Position numbers and translations under genes: made by a program | Notes under the pieces: model-generated | Told to the model about the DNA's origin: nothing | Database searches by the model: none | What the model saw: the letters and a program-made list of their open reading frames with translations, nothing else | Origin: a virus | Lineage: Duplodnaviria; Caudoviricetes | Virus record (IMG/VR): IMGVR_UViG_3300032295_003131 | Location: 1 to 24,840 of that record | Length of the DNA stretch: 24,840 bases | Reading direction: 5' to 3' (one strand) | Part shown: positions 9,001 to 17,061 of the stretch, one piece after another | Position numbering within the stretch: the first letter of the stretch is position 1 | Layout: each line of letters opens with the position of its first letter

Positions 9001-10644
9001 ATGGAAAATATACGATTTATTTGCGCACAACCTGCTAACTCATATTATACGTGGCAGGTAGAAGTAGTAATTAATAACTTTATTAAACATGGTGTTAATC
9101 CTAACCAGATTGATATCTTATGTGCAATAAACAACGATGATGTACCTGAAGATTGGAGAAAACTTCAAAATCATTATAATTCAGTTAGGTTCTTCTTCTA
9201 CAATGATACCAGGAGTGATTTTAAGTACATTCCTGCGATTTATTTCAATTTAATGAGTAATCACCTCAAAGCACATCCGGAGCTCCGTAATGAGGTTCTT
9301 TTCCTACACGATAGCGATATCATTTTTACACGTAAACCTGAATTAGATTGGGTTCGTAAAAACAATGTATGGAGTGTAAGTGATACAAACTCATATATCA
9401 ACTACGATTATATACAACAAAAGAGTAATGATGTTTACCAAAAGATGTGTGAGATTGTTGGAATTGATGAAAGAATTCCTAAATTAATGAACTCACATTC
9501 AGGTGGAGCACAATACATCGTTAATGGAGAAAGTTGGGAGTTTTGGGATAAAGTAGAAAAAGATGCAATCAGAATGTATGATTATTTTTGTGAGGTAGAA
9601 CCTGATTATGTTAAAAAGTATGAAGGAGATTACCCAATACAAAAGTGGACAGCAGGTATGTGGAGTTTGTTATGGAACGCTTGGTTAGCAGGACACGAAA
9701 CTAAAGTTGATGAACGAATTTCTTTTGGTTGGAGTACTGACCCGATTGATAGAGTTGAAAAACACTGGATACTTCACAATGCCGGTGTTACGAGCAATGA
9801 TACAGGTTTATTTTTTAAGGGTGCGTACATTAGTAAATTACCTTATGATGAGGTATTGGAAGTAGATTCTAATAGAGCATCATCGTATTATTGGAATGAG
9901 GTAAAGGAAACCGCACGTAAAACAATATTAAAAACAAACAATATGGAATTAGCAAGTTACTCAAAGTTAATTGAGTTATCAAATGAATTCAATTTAGGAT
10001 TCAATTTAGAAGCATCAATAGATGATTCATTAAAATTATCAAATCATTATCACCCATGGTCTATGAGAGAGCATGAAGCAAAGATTGTTTATGAGTTGAT
10101 TGTACAAAATGGATTAAAGAGTGGATTTGAGATAGCAACTGCATTTGGTATATCAGCATCAGTAATGGGACAAGCACTTAAAAAAACAGGTGGTAAATTA
10201 GTTACTATGGATGCATACGTTGAGGAAAACTTCAATTATTCAGGTGGATACGATATTAACACAAAGTTAGTTAAAAATGTAGAAGCTGATGGATATAAGA
10301 TGGCAAACGCATTAATTAACGCATTAGGTATAACTGATAATGTTTCATTAGAAATTGGATGGTCACCTGATGATACAGGTACCATAATTCAAAGAACCTT
10401 TGGAGATACTAAATTAGATTTTGCATTTATAGATGGTGGACATACACAAGCTCAAATTGATGCTGATGTTAAAGCAGTATTCCCACATTTAGCAGATGAT
10501 TGTATCTTATTATTTCACGACCATGTGGATGTTTCTGAAGATACCAAAGCATTTATGAAATCAAATGGGTTTACAAATGAGAAAAACTATCATACAGGAT
10601 TTAACCTATATGCATATTCAAAAGGAAATAAAACATTAATCTAA
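9001..10644 (+). CDS. Glycosyltransferase-like (HPAT/SERGT-like, GT-A) domain fused to a class I SAM methyltransferase (Methyltransf_24-like)
   Basis: N-terminal YYTWQ, LHDSD (DxD), GGAQY and KWTAGMW motifs; C-terminal FEIATAFGIS, LDFAFIDGGH and LLFHD motifs. Confidence 0.65.
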   Translation: MENIRFICAQPANSYYTWQVEVVINNFIKHGVNPNQIDILCAINNDDVPEDWRKLQNHYNSVRFFFYNDTRSDFKYIPAIYFNLMSNHLKAHPELRNEVLFLHDSDIIFTRKPELDWVRKNNVWSVSDTNSYINYDYIQQKSNDVYQKMCEIVGIDERIPKLMNSHSGGAQYIVNGESWEFWDKVEKDAIRMYDYFCEVEPDYVKKYEGDYPIQKWTAGMWSLLWNAWLAGHETKVDERISFGWSTDPIDRVEKHWILHNAGVTSNDTGLFFKGAYISKLPYDEVLEVDSNRASSYYWNEVKETARKTILKTNNMELASYSKLIELSNEFNLGFNLEASIDDSLKLSNHYHPWSMREHEAKIVYELIVQNGLKSGFEIATAFGISASVMGQALKKTGGKLVTMDAYVEENFNYSGGYDINTKLVKNVEADGYKMANALINALGITDNVSLEIGWSPDDTGTIIQRTFGDTKLDFAFIDGGHTQAQIDADVKAVFPHLADDCILLFHDHVDVSEDTKAFMKSNGFTNEKNYHTGFNLYAYSKGNKTLI

Positions 10645-11267
10645 TGAAAATAGGAGTAGGTTTATTTGGAATTCATTATGTTGGTAACCTTAATCATTGG
10701 ATGGGTTGGAAGCATGGTGTGGATTATAGAGAAACGTATCACAACCAATTTTCCCACATTTATAGCAATCACGATATAAAGTATTACTCAGCTACATACC
10801 ATTCACCAATTGAAAATGAATTAATGAATGATTATGAGTTTACTAATTTAAGTTTGGGTGAAATTGATAATAGTATGGAATCAGACCCAGTTGTTAAACG
10901 AAATAAGATTTTTAAGAACACCGTAAAATTAATGTTAGAATCTCCACATGATTGGGATTATGCATTAATAACACGATTTGATTTACATTTCAAACAACAT
11001 TTTAGTAGTTTGAACATAAACCCTGATAAATTGAATTTTCTTTGCGGAGCAAAATGCGGACCTGATTTCAACCTGGTGGATGATAACTTCTATTTCATGC
11101 CAAAACACCTCTTAAAATGGTTCTATGATACCATAGAAACGATTCCTGAAAACATATCAGCACATAACTACCATAAATCGTTTACTGATTACAATTTTAT
11201 GGTTGAGGGAAGTTGGTATTCACATGAGTTACCAACCTACCATATTCATAGAATACCCCTTCACTAA
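10644..11267 (+). CDS. Putative glycosyltransferase-like protein
   Basis: MKIGVGLFG start, DYALITRFDL and DDNF motifs of the 'YDxVIRxRFD' phage GT-like family; coupled by TAATG. Confidence 0.5.
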   Translation: MKIGVGLFGIHYVGNLNHWMGWKHGVDYRETYHNQFSHIYSNHDIKYYSATYHSPIENELMNDYEFTNLSLGEIDNSMESDPVVKRNKIFKNTVKLMLESPHDWDYALITRFDLHFKQHFSSLNINPDKLNFLCGAKCGPDFNLVDDNFYFMPKHLLKWFYDTIETIPENISAHNYHKSFTDYNFMVEGSWYSHELPTYHIHRIPLH

Positions 11268-11292
11268 CAAATCCACCTTAAAGTGTTATATA
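11267..11292 (+). promoter_or_regulatory. Putative late promoter ACAA-N13-TGTTATATA
   Basis: ACAA 11267-11270, TGTTA 11284-11288; ATG follows 7 nt after TGTTA. Confidence 0.6.
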
Positions 11293-11295
11293 AGC

Positions 11296-11442
11296 ATGAT
11301 AAAGAGCGTAATAGATTTATTAAATTTAGCAGAGTACTATGGTTTAAGGGAAGATGTTGATTTTGCGAAAGGAAAATACAAATACCCACACACCATATCT
11401 GAAGCAAAAGAGTTACTAAAAAGAATCTGGAAAAGTAAATAA
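11296..11442 (+). CDS. Small protein preceding the tape measure gene (48 aa)
   Basis: MIKSVIDLL...DFAKGKY; start moved from 11203 to avoid the overlap and sit after the promoter. Confidence 0.6.
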   Translation: MIKSVIDLLNLAEYYGLREDVDFAKGKYKYPHTISEAKELLKRIWKSK

Positions 11443-11444
11443 AC

Positions 11445-13286
11445 ATGGCAGATAACACAACTACCTATACCGCCGTAATTGAAACCGAAGTAAAGGGTGG
11501 AGAAGATATTGAGAAATTAGGTGAAGATGCCGAAGGTGCTGCCGGTGGGTTTGTCAAATTGCAATTGCAAATACGTCAAACTCAAAAGGAGTTACAGGCA
11601 GCAGCAGCCGCTGGTGATAAGGTAAAGTTCAATAAGTTAAGAGCACAATTGGATGAGTTGGAAGAAGGATTAGAAAAGGTTCAATTCCAAGCAAAACAAT
11701 TTGATGACCAATTAGCATCCCTACCAGGTCCTGCGGGAGCAGCTGGTAATGCGATGAAAGCATTAGATGGTGCATTCAAAATCCTTATAGCTAACCCTAT
11801 TATTGCAGTTATTGCAGGGGTAGCAGGTGCATTAATGTTAATGAAAAAAGCATTAGGTTCAACTGCAGAAGGACAACAAACACTTAATCGTTTATCACAA
11901 GCATTCTCAGGTATTTTAGGTCCTATATTGGCAACCGTTGAAAAGGTAGCAGTACCTTTATTTAATGGGTTTGCTTTTATATTAGAGAAGGTTGCTCAGG
12001 GTTTTTCAAAGTTTGCTAAGTTCTTAGGTATCTCTGAATCTAAAATTAAAGAAGCAACTCTATCAGTAGATGAGGTGCAACAAAAAGCAAACGAAAACGA
12101 AAAGAAACGTCAGGAAGATTTAACAAAGAAAACTGAGGAACAAAATAAAAAGAGAGCAGATGCGAATGCAAAATTTGCTGCTGATAAAAAGAAGAAGGAA
12201 GAAGAAGCTGAAGCTGCGAGAAAGAAGAAGGAAGAAGAAGCGCAAAAGAACTTAGATGCAGCGAATAAAGTACAGATTGAAGCATATATTTCAACTTTAG
12301 CAGCTAGAGACCAGGAATTATATAAGTTAGGACAACAACATAACGAACGAATGGCAGCTTTACAAAAAGCTGGAATTACTGATTCAACAATGATTCAGGA
12401 ACAATTTCGTATTGAGCAAGCTGCTATTAACAAAAAATATGATGATGAAGCTGCAAAGAAGGTAGAGGAAGATAAAAAGAAGAAAGAGGAAGATGATAAG
12501 AAAGCTGCCGAAGATGCGAAAGCAAAGGTAGATAAAAAGCGTGAGGATGATTTATTGGGTTTACAAACTGAATTAGAATTCTCTGCACTATCAGCACAAC
12601 AACGTAAAGATTTAATATCTCAACAGGAAGCAGTATTACTTACGAATCAGGAATTAACTGAGAACCAAAAAACTGCAATACAAAAACAAGCAGCTGCTCA
12701 ACGTAAAGCAATTGATGAAGCTGAGTTAGATAATAAGCGTGATATACAATTAGCACAATTAGATTTAGTTCAACAATTCGGTGGATTACTTCAGCAGATT
12801 GCAGGTAAAAATAAAAAGGTAGCAATCGCAGGTATCGTTATTGAACAGGCAGCAGCTATCGCTAAAATTATTGCAAACACTGCAATCGCAAATGCGAAAT
12901 CAGTTGCAGCATTCCCTATTACAGGTGGTATGCCGTGGGTTGCAATCAATACTATATCAGCAGGTTTATCTATTGCATCAACAATAGCAAGTGCTGCTAA
13001 ATCTATATCAGCAATCAACTCATCTGATAACGCAACATCAGCGCAAGCTGGAACATCTAATTTACCTAAAAGTGGAATGGCAGCACCAGTTGCACCATCG
13101 GTAGCAGGAGTTAGTGCTCCAACAATACAGGGAACACAATCTGCAACACCTGGAGAACAAATAGCAGGTACATTAGCAGCAGTAACAGGTAAACCTATGA
13201 AAGCTTATGTAGTATCAGGAGATATATCCTCACAACAGGCGTTAGATAGAAGAACATCTAATGCTGCAACGTTTGGTGGATATTAA
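11445..13286 (+). CDS. Tape measure-like protein
   Basis: 613 aa, Ala/Gln/Lys-rich coiled coil, ANPIIAVIAG hydrophobic segment, C-terminal KAYVVSGDISSQQALDR. Confidence 0.7.
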   Translation: MADNTTTYTAVIETEVKGGEDIEKLGEDAEGAAGGFVKLQLQIRQTQKELQAAAAAGDKVKFNKLRAQLDELEEGLEKVQFQAKQFDDQLASLPGPAGAAGNAMKALDGAFKILIANPIIAVIAGVAGALMLMKKALGSTAEGQQTLNRLSQAFSGILGPILATVEKVAVPLFNGFAFILEKVAQGFSKFAKFLGISESKIKEATLSVDEVQQKANENEKKRQEDLTKKTEEQNKKRADANAKFAADKKKKEEEAEAARKKKEEEAQKNLDAANKVQIEAYISTLAARDQELYKLGQQHNERMAALQKAGITDSTMIQEQFRIEQAAINKKYDDEAAKKVEEDKKKKEEDDKKAAEDAKAKVDKKREDDLLGLQTELEFSALSAQQRKDLISQQEAVLLTNQELTENQKTAIQKQAAAQRKAIDEAELDNKRDIQLAQLDLVQQFGGLLQQIAGKNKKVAIAGIVIEQAAAIAKIIANTAIANAKSVAAFPITGGMPWVAINTISAGLSIASTIASAAKSISAINSSDNATSAQAGTSNLPKSGMAAPVAPSVAGVSAPTIQGTQSATPGEQIAGTLAAVTGKPMKAYVVSGDISSQQALDRRTSNAATFGGY

Positions 13287-13288
13287 CA

Positions 13289-13314
13289 ACAATAACCAAT
13301 TAAATTGTTAAATA
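13289..13314 (+). promoter_or_regulatory. Putative late promoter ACAA-N13-TGTTAAATA
   Basis: ACAA 13289-13292, TGTTA 13306-13310; ATG follows 7 nt after TGTTA. Confidence 0.6.
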
Positions 13315-13317
13315 GGT

Positions 13318-14340
13318 ATGAGAGATTTAGTATATGAATTAGTAATAGAGGATTCCGCAGATGAAATTTATGCAATTTCGTTAGTTTCTGAACCAGCTAT
13401 TGAAATGGATTTCGTTTACTTTGATAAAGAAGAAGTGAAATTCTCAACCGTAAATGAGGAACAACGTATCGTAATGGGACCTATATTGGTTCCTGATAAG
13501 AAGATATTAAGAGTAGATGGTGAGGGTAAACCTTATTATGTATTCATCAAAGCAGCTACCATTCAAAAGTTAGCACAAAAGTATTTACAAAACAAATACC
13601 AAAGTGAAGTAACTATTGAACACAATGGTAAGAGAGTTGCGGATGTAACCCTTATAGAAAGCTGGATAACTGAAAGCAGAACCAAAGATAAATCAGCAGT
13701 GTATGGTTTAAGTGTACCTGTTGGAACCTGGATGGGTAGCATGAAAATTGAATCTGATAAGATATGGAACGAATTTGTGAAAACAGGTATCGTTAATGGA
13801 TTCTCTATTGAAGGTTTATTTTCACACCAATTAGTTGAAGCATCTAAAGAATCTTATTTATTAAAAGAAGTAAGTGATTTAACTGAAGATGAAGCAAAAC
13901 AATTGTTAAACACAATACACTCCCTTTTAATGGATGGTGTTGTTGAGATGGAAAGTTATTCAGATTATGATGAAGGTATTCGTAACAATGCTAAAAAAGG
14001 TATTGAGTTAAATGATAAGAATAATAACAAATGTGCAACTCAGGTAGGTAAAGTGAGAGCACAACAATTAGCAGATGGTGAAGCAATTAGTGTAGAAACT
14101 ATCAAACGTATGTATTCATACCTTAGTAGAGCAGAAGCATACTACGATGAAACTGATATGAATGCATGTGGTACAATATCATTCCTTTTATGGGGTGGTA
14201 AAGCAGCATTGAGTTGGAGTAGAAATAAATTAAGAGAGTTAGGTTTATTAGAAGAAGATGAAGCACAACCAACAACTGATGGTAGTACATACCCAGGTGA
14301 AGCTGCTTCAGGTTCTATTGCACCCGCAACATTAAGTTAA
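13318..14340 (+). CDS. XkdF-like putative prohead serine protease with a C-terminal extra domain
   Basis: AISLVSEPAIE, GPILVPDK, VTIEH, PVGTW and GFSIEG motifs; extra ESYSDY...CATQVGKVRAQQLA...LLWGG domain. Confidence 0.8.
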   Translation: MRDLVYELVIEDSADEIYAISLVSEPAIEMDFVYFDKEEVKFSTVNEEQRIVMGPILVPDKKILRVDGEGKPYYVFIKAATIQKLAQKYLQNKYQSEVTIEHNGKRVADVTLIESWITESRTKDKSAVYGLSVPVGTWMGSMKIESDKIWNEFVKTGIVNGFSIEGLFSHQLVEASKESYLLKEVSDLTEDEAKQLLNTIHSLLMDGVVEMESYSDYDEGIRNNAKKGIELNDKNNNKCATQVGKVRAQQLADGEAISVETIKRMYSYLSRAEAYYDETDMNACGTISFLLWGGKAALSWSRNKLRELGLLEEDEAQPTTDGSTYPGEAASGSIAPATLS

Positions 14341-14341
14341 T

Positions 14342-14695
14342 ATGAATTCAAATACATTTTATAACAACCTATATAATTTCGCTGAGAGAACTGAGAAAAA
14401 CATTTCAGTAAGTGAGTTTATTGATTTGCTTAAAACAACAAGTAGAACTAACAAAATGAATATTGTTTGGTTTACTGAAGGTTCTGCAGATGGTAGTGGT
14501 AAACCTCCACACCAATCTAAACACTTAATGTGGTGGGATGAGAGTGAATATGTAGGAGGTGCTGCCGGCGGAAGTGATACGAAAGCTGCGCAAGAACAAT
14601 TTAACTTACAAACAACTGGTGGACAATGGATAACTTTAAGTTATGAGAACATCATATCAATGAGTTATAAAGGTAGGATATATAGAGTTATATAG
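14342..14695 (+). CDS. Hypothetical protein
   Basis: 117 aa ORF abutting the protease gene; overlaps the convergent gene by 8 bp. Confidence 0.6.
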   Translation: MNSNTFYNNLYNFAERTEKNISVSEFIDLLKTTSRTNKMNIVWFTEGSADGSGKPPHQSKHLMWWDESEYVGGAAGGSDTKAAQEQFNLQTTGGQWITLSYENIISMSYKGRIYRVI

Positions 14696-15554
14696 TAATC
14701 AATCCTGCTTTCCCTAAGTGTTTACGAACTTCATAAGCTTCAACACCAAACTTTTTGGATAGTGCTTTTACACCAACTTCTCTATCCTGTATTTTATAGT
14801 GTGTAACACAATAATCAATTTCTTCCTGTGTTAGTTCTTCTTTCATTTCAAAGTTAGAAACTAATTTTCCTTTATCCCATTCCCTTTTGAAATTAATATA
14901 GTGCACTTCAAATTTGTTAAACATCTTTGTAATGTAGTGTCTATCTATTTTTAACCCATTTATATTACATAAGTTATTCATTATAGTTCTACGATTGAAA
15001 TCTTCAATGTTATCTATATTACGAATTAAATCTACAACTGCTTGAACAACAGGAGCAGCTTTACGTGTGTGTACGGTATGAAATGATTTTAAGTTAGTTT
15101 CTAAATAATCAGCAAACGCATTCAATAGTTTTGCGCTGGATTCCATTTCCTCTGCTCTACCTGTATCTACATCTTCTATATCCCAATTTTCATTTAGTAC
15201 ATCTAACTTAAGTGTTTTCTTTGTACCTTTGTATCCTCTATCATTATGGAAGATATAATAATTTTTAGCACAAATGGTCATATAGGAAAATGCTTTACCT
15301 TTACCTCTTTGTATTCTATATAATCTTTCAGTTAGATATGAAACGCATTCATACTGAATATCAATAGGTTCACCATCAATGTAGATAGGTTTAATTTTAT
15401 TGTAATAAACTTCAGCAATCTTAAATAAAGCTGGGTATATTATACCAAACAAACGATTCTTCTCACTTTGAGTTTCAGCTATATTATATAGTGTAATTGC
15501 TTCTTCAACACCTTCGTGAAAGTAGTTGTTGTTTGGATTCTTTTTGCGTGGCAT
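14688..15554 (-). CDS. Putative sigma-factor-like transcription regulator (region 2-like, possible C-terminal HTH)
   Basis: Start probably MPRKK at 15554; YFHEGVEEAI...KGKAFSYMTICAKNY resembles sigma region 2.3 / T4 gp55-type late sigmas; ALSKKFGVEAYEVRKHL is HTH-like. Confidence 0.5.
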   Translation of the reverse strand: MPRKKNPNNNYFHEGVEEAITLYNIAETQSEKNRLFGIIYPALFKIAEVYYNKIKPIYIDGEPIDIQYECVSYLTERLYRIQRGKGKAFSYMTICAKNYYIFHNDRGYKGTKKTLKLDVLNENWDIEDVDTGRAEEMESSAKLLNAFADYLETNLKSFHTVHTRKAAPVVQAVVDLIRNIDNIEDFNRRTIMNNLCNINGLKIDRHYITKMFNKFEVHYINFKREWDKGKLVSNFEMKEELTQEEIDYCVTHYKIQDREVGVKALSKKFGVEAYEVRKHLGKAGLITI

Positions 15555-15574
15555 TGTAACTATTAGTTTATATA

Positions 15575-15606
15575 TTAATAACAAACAAATTCATTGTTGT
15601 TATATA
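15575..15606. promoter_or_regulatory. Overlapping divergent ACAA-N13-TGTTA motifs
   Basis: Plus: ACAA 15581-15584 and TGTTA 15598-15602. Minus: ACAA 15600-15597 and TGTTA 15583-15579. Confidence 0.55.
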
Positions 15607-15614
15607 TGTAAGTG

Positions 15615-15646
15615 CTAAGGTACGAAAAATTTATGAAAAAACCAAA
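15615..15646 (-). promoter_or_regulatory. Bacteroidota sigma70-type promoter for the sigma-like gene
   Basis: Minus strand TTTGG...TTTTTCGTACCTTAG, same layout as the other early promoters. Confidence 0.55.
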
Positions 15647-15654
15647 TTAATATT

Positions 15655-15945
15655 ATGCCAATTCCAAAACCTGAAAGTAGAGAAACACAAAATGATTATG
15701 TAGGTAGGTGTATGAGTGCTATAAGTGGTGAGTATGAGCAGGAGCAAGCAGTTGCTATTTGTATATCAACTTATCAAAATGAAACATTAAGTAAACCAAA
15801 AGCTGAAAGAGTAGCTGATAAGATATCAGGTGTTAATTTATTAGCAGGATTAGAAGATTCCTGTTGGGATGGATATGAAGCAATAGGAACAAAAATACTG
15901 AATGGTAGAGAAGTTCCAAATTGTGTACCTATTAAAAATTCGTAA
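15655..15945 (+). CDS. Small head-associated-type protein (PIP...RCM and CWDGY...VPNCVP motifs)
   Basis: Both motifs commonly occur in phage head-morphogenesis accessory proteins. Confidence 0.65.
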   Translation: MPIPKPESRETQNDYVGRCMSAISGEYEQEQAVAICISTYQNETLSKPKAERVADKISGVNLLAGLEDSCWDGYEAIGTKILNGREVPNCVPIKNS

Positions 15946-16035
15946 ACTTAATATATATACAAAGTGGGTTTTACTATATCTAATTGCCATTATATATTTC
16001 CTTATAGTTTTAACTAACATAAAAAACCCACAACT

Positions 16036-16061
16036 AAATCCTACTTCGGTAGGATTTTTTT
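16036..16061 (+). terminator. Intrinsic terminator (possibly bidirectional)
   Basis: AAATCCTAC-TTCG-GTAGGATTT with a T-run; C(UUCG)G loop. Confidence 0.85.
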
Positions 16062-16424
16062 ATGTGTTAATGTTTCCCAGGTTTCCCTGTTAAGCAATTC
16101 CAAATTCCTAACTCCCAATTTTTTTTATAATTTCTTTTTGTTTTTCAGGGAAGTGTTGTTATCAAGTAAGCACTCCAATTCCATATAAAGGGGATATTTC
16201 ATAGTTAAGAGATACCAATTACTATCTCACGTTCACCGCTACTACTGTCCTATGAATCTACTAACATACACATTTTGTGCCAAAGGTAGGTATCGCACCC
16301 AGCACCATTCCCCGACTGCTTCGTTCGGCTAATGGGAAGTAATTACTTAATTTACTTCATACACAACATAGGTTGGTTTCACCCTGATATACCGCAGGAT
16401 AGGGATGTTTCGGTTTTATATCTT
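16036..16424 (-). ncRNA. Candidate structured non-coding RNA (~390 nt, class unknown)
   Basis: No credible ORF, raised GC, several nested stems, dedicated promoter at 16429-16460 and a hairpin at the 3' end. Confidence 0.5.
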
Positions 16425-16428
16425 TTAA

Positions 16429-16460
16429 CAAAGATACGAAAAAATATAGTGATATCCAAA
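16429..16460 (-). promoter_or_regulatory. Bacteroidota sigma70 promoter (TTTG...TATCTTTG)
   Basis: Minus strand TTTGGATATCACTATATTTTTTCGTATCTTTG, with a perfect TAnnTTTG -7 box. Confidence 0.75.
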
Positions 16461-16461
16461 T

Positions 16462-16716
16462 TTATTTTGGATAACCACCTTTCCACTTATGATATATAAA
16501 CTCTAAATTATTTAGATATTCCGCATAAGTTATTACATACTTTGGTCCATTTGGGTTTTGTTGAACCACAATGGTAGTATCTTCATAATACCCAGCTTTT
16601 AGAACTGATTCACAAAATTCAATTTCACTTTTAGTATGATTACTTGATGGTTTAAGTTTCCATATACGAATGTACTCCTTTAACCTATCCTCTAATATAG
16701 GTGTTAATTTTCTCAT
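16462..16716 (-). CDS. Small early protein, KLT-R-YI paralog family
   Basis: Start MRKLTP at 16716, just after the promoter; aligns with 17062, 17347 and 20623. Confidence 0.7.
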   Translation of the reverse strand: MRKLTPILEDRLKEYIRIWKLKPSSNHTKSEIEFCESVLKAGYYEDTTIVVQQNPNGPKYVITYAEYLNNLEFIYHKWKGGYPK

Positions 16717-16722
16717 AATATT

Positions 16723-16755
16723 GTAAAGATACATAAAACTACTGATATATCCAAA
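16723..16755 (-). promoter_or_regulatory. Early promoter
   Basis: Minus strand TTTGGATATATCAGTAGTTTTATGTATCTTTAC. Confidence 0.75.
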
Positions 16756-16782
16756 TAAAATAGGGATTATTTTCAAAAAACG

Positions 16783-16807
16783 TAACTCATTGATTATCAA
16801 CCAGTTG
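16783..16807. promoter_or_regulatory. Palindromic double IHF-like site
   Basis: TAACTCATTGATTATCAACCAGTTG contains WATCAANNNNTTR on both strands. Confidence 0.55.
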
Positions 16808-16847
16808 CAAAAATGTGGATAAAATGTGGAAAAAAGTACCTAAATAA

Positions 16848-16880
16848 TTTGGAATTATGAGTAGTTTTACCTATCTTTAT
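16848..16880 (+). promoter_or_regulatory. Early promoter (repeat copy)
   Basis: TTTGGAATTATGAGTAGTTTTACCTATCTTTA, identical to the copy at 16984. Confidence 0.8.
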
Positions 16881-16939
16881 GGTGTTGATGATGTTAGTGG
16901 ATTTGGGGGTGTTTGTTAAGTGAAATCTCCCATTTCTGC

Positions 16940-16964
16940 TAACTCATTGATAATCAATCAGTTA
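16940..16964. promoter_or_regulatory. Palindromic double IHF-like site
   Basis: TAACTCATTGATAATCAATCAGTTA. Confidence 0.55.
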
Positions 16965-16983
16965 AAAAAAAGATAGTAATTTA

Positions 16984-17020
16984 TTTGGAATTATGAGTAG
17001 TTTTACCTATCTTTACATAT
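16984..17020 (+). promoter_or_regulatory. Early promoter (repeat copy)
   Basis: TTTGGAATTATGAGTAGTTTTACCTATCTTTACATAT. Confidence 0.8.
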
Positions 17021-17061
17021 ATAAACAATAAAAGGGTGGTTACCTACAACTAATAAACGTT

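Noticed and set aside
15902-16093. 63-aa hydrophobic ORF (holin-like)
   Set aside because: Overlaps 15655..15945, runs through a terminator and lacks a typical leader
16036-16424. tRNA, tmRNA or hammerhead ribozyme
   Set aside because: No T-loop or CCA acceptor end, and no CUGAnGA/GAAA catalytic core seen
16717-16800. Longer N-terminus for the 16462 ORF
   Set aside because: The extension covers the promoter and IHF-like site, and paralog alignment supports the start at 16716
16783-16964. FNR or Fur box reading of TTGATWATCAA
   Set aside because: FNR needs TTGAT-N4-ATCAA and the Fur 19-mer is not matched; the IHF consensus fits on both strands
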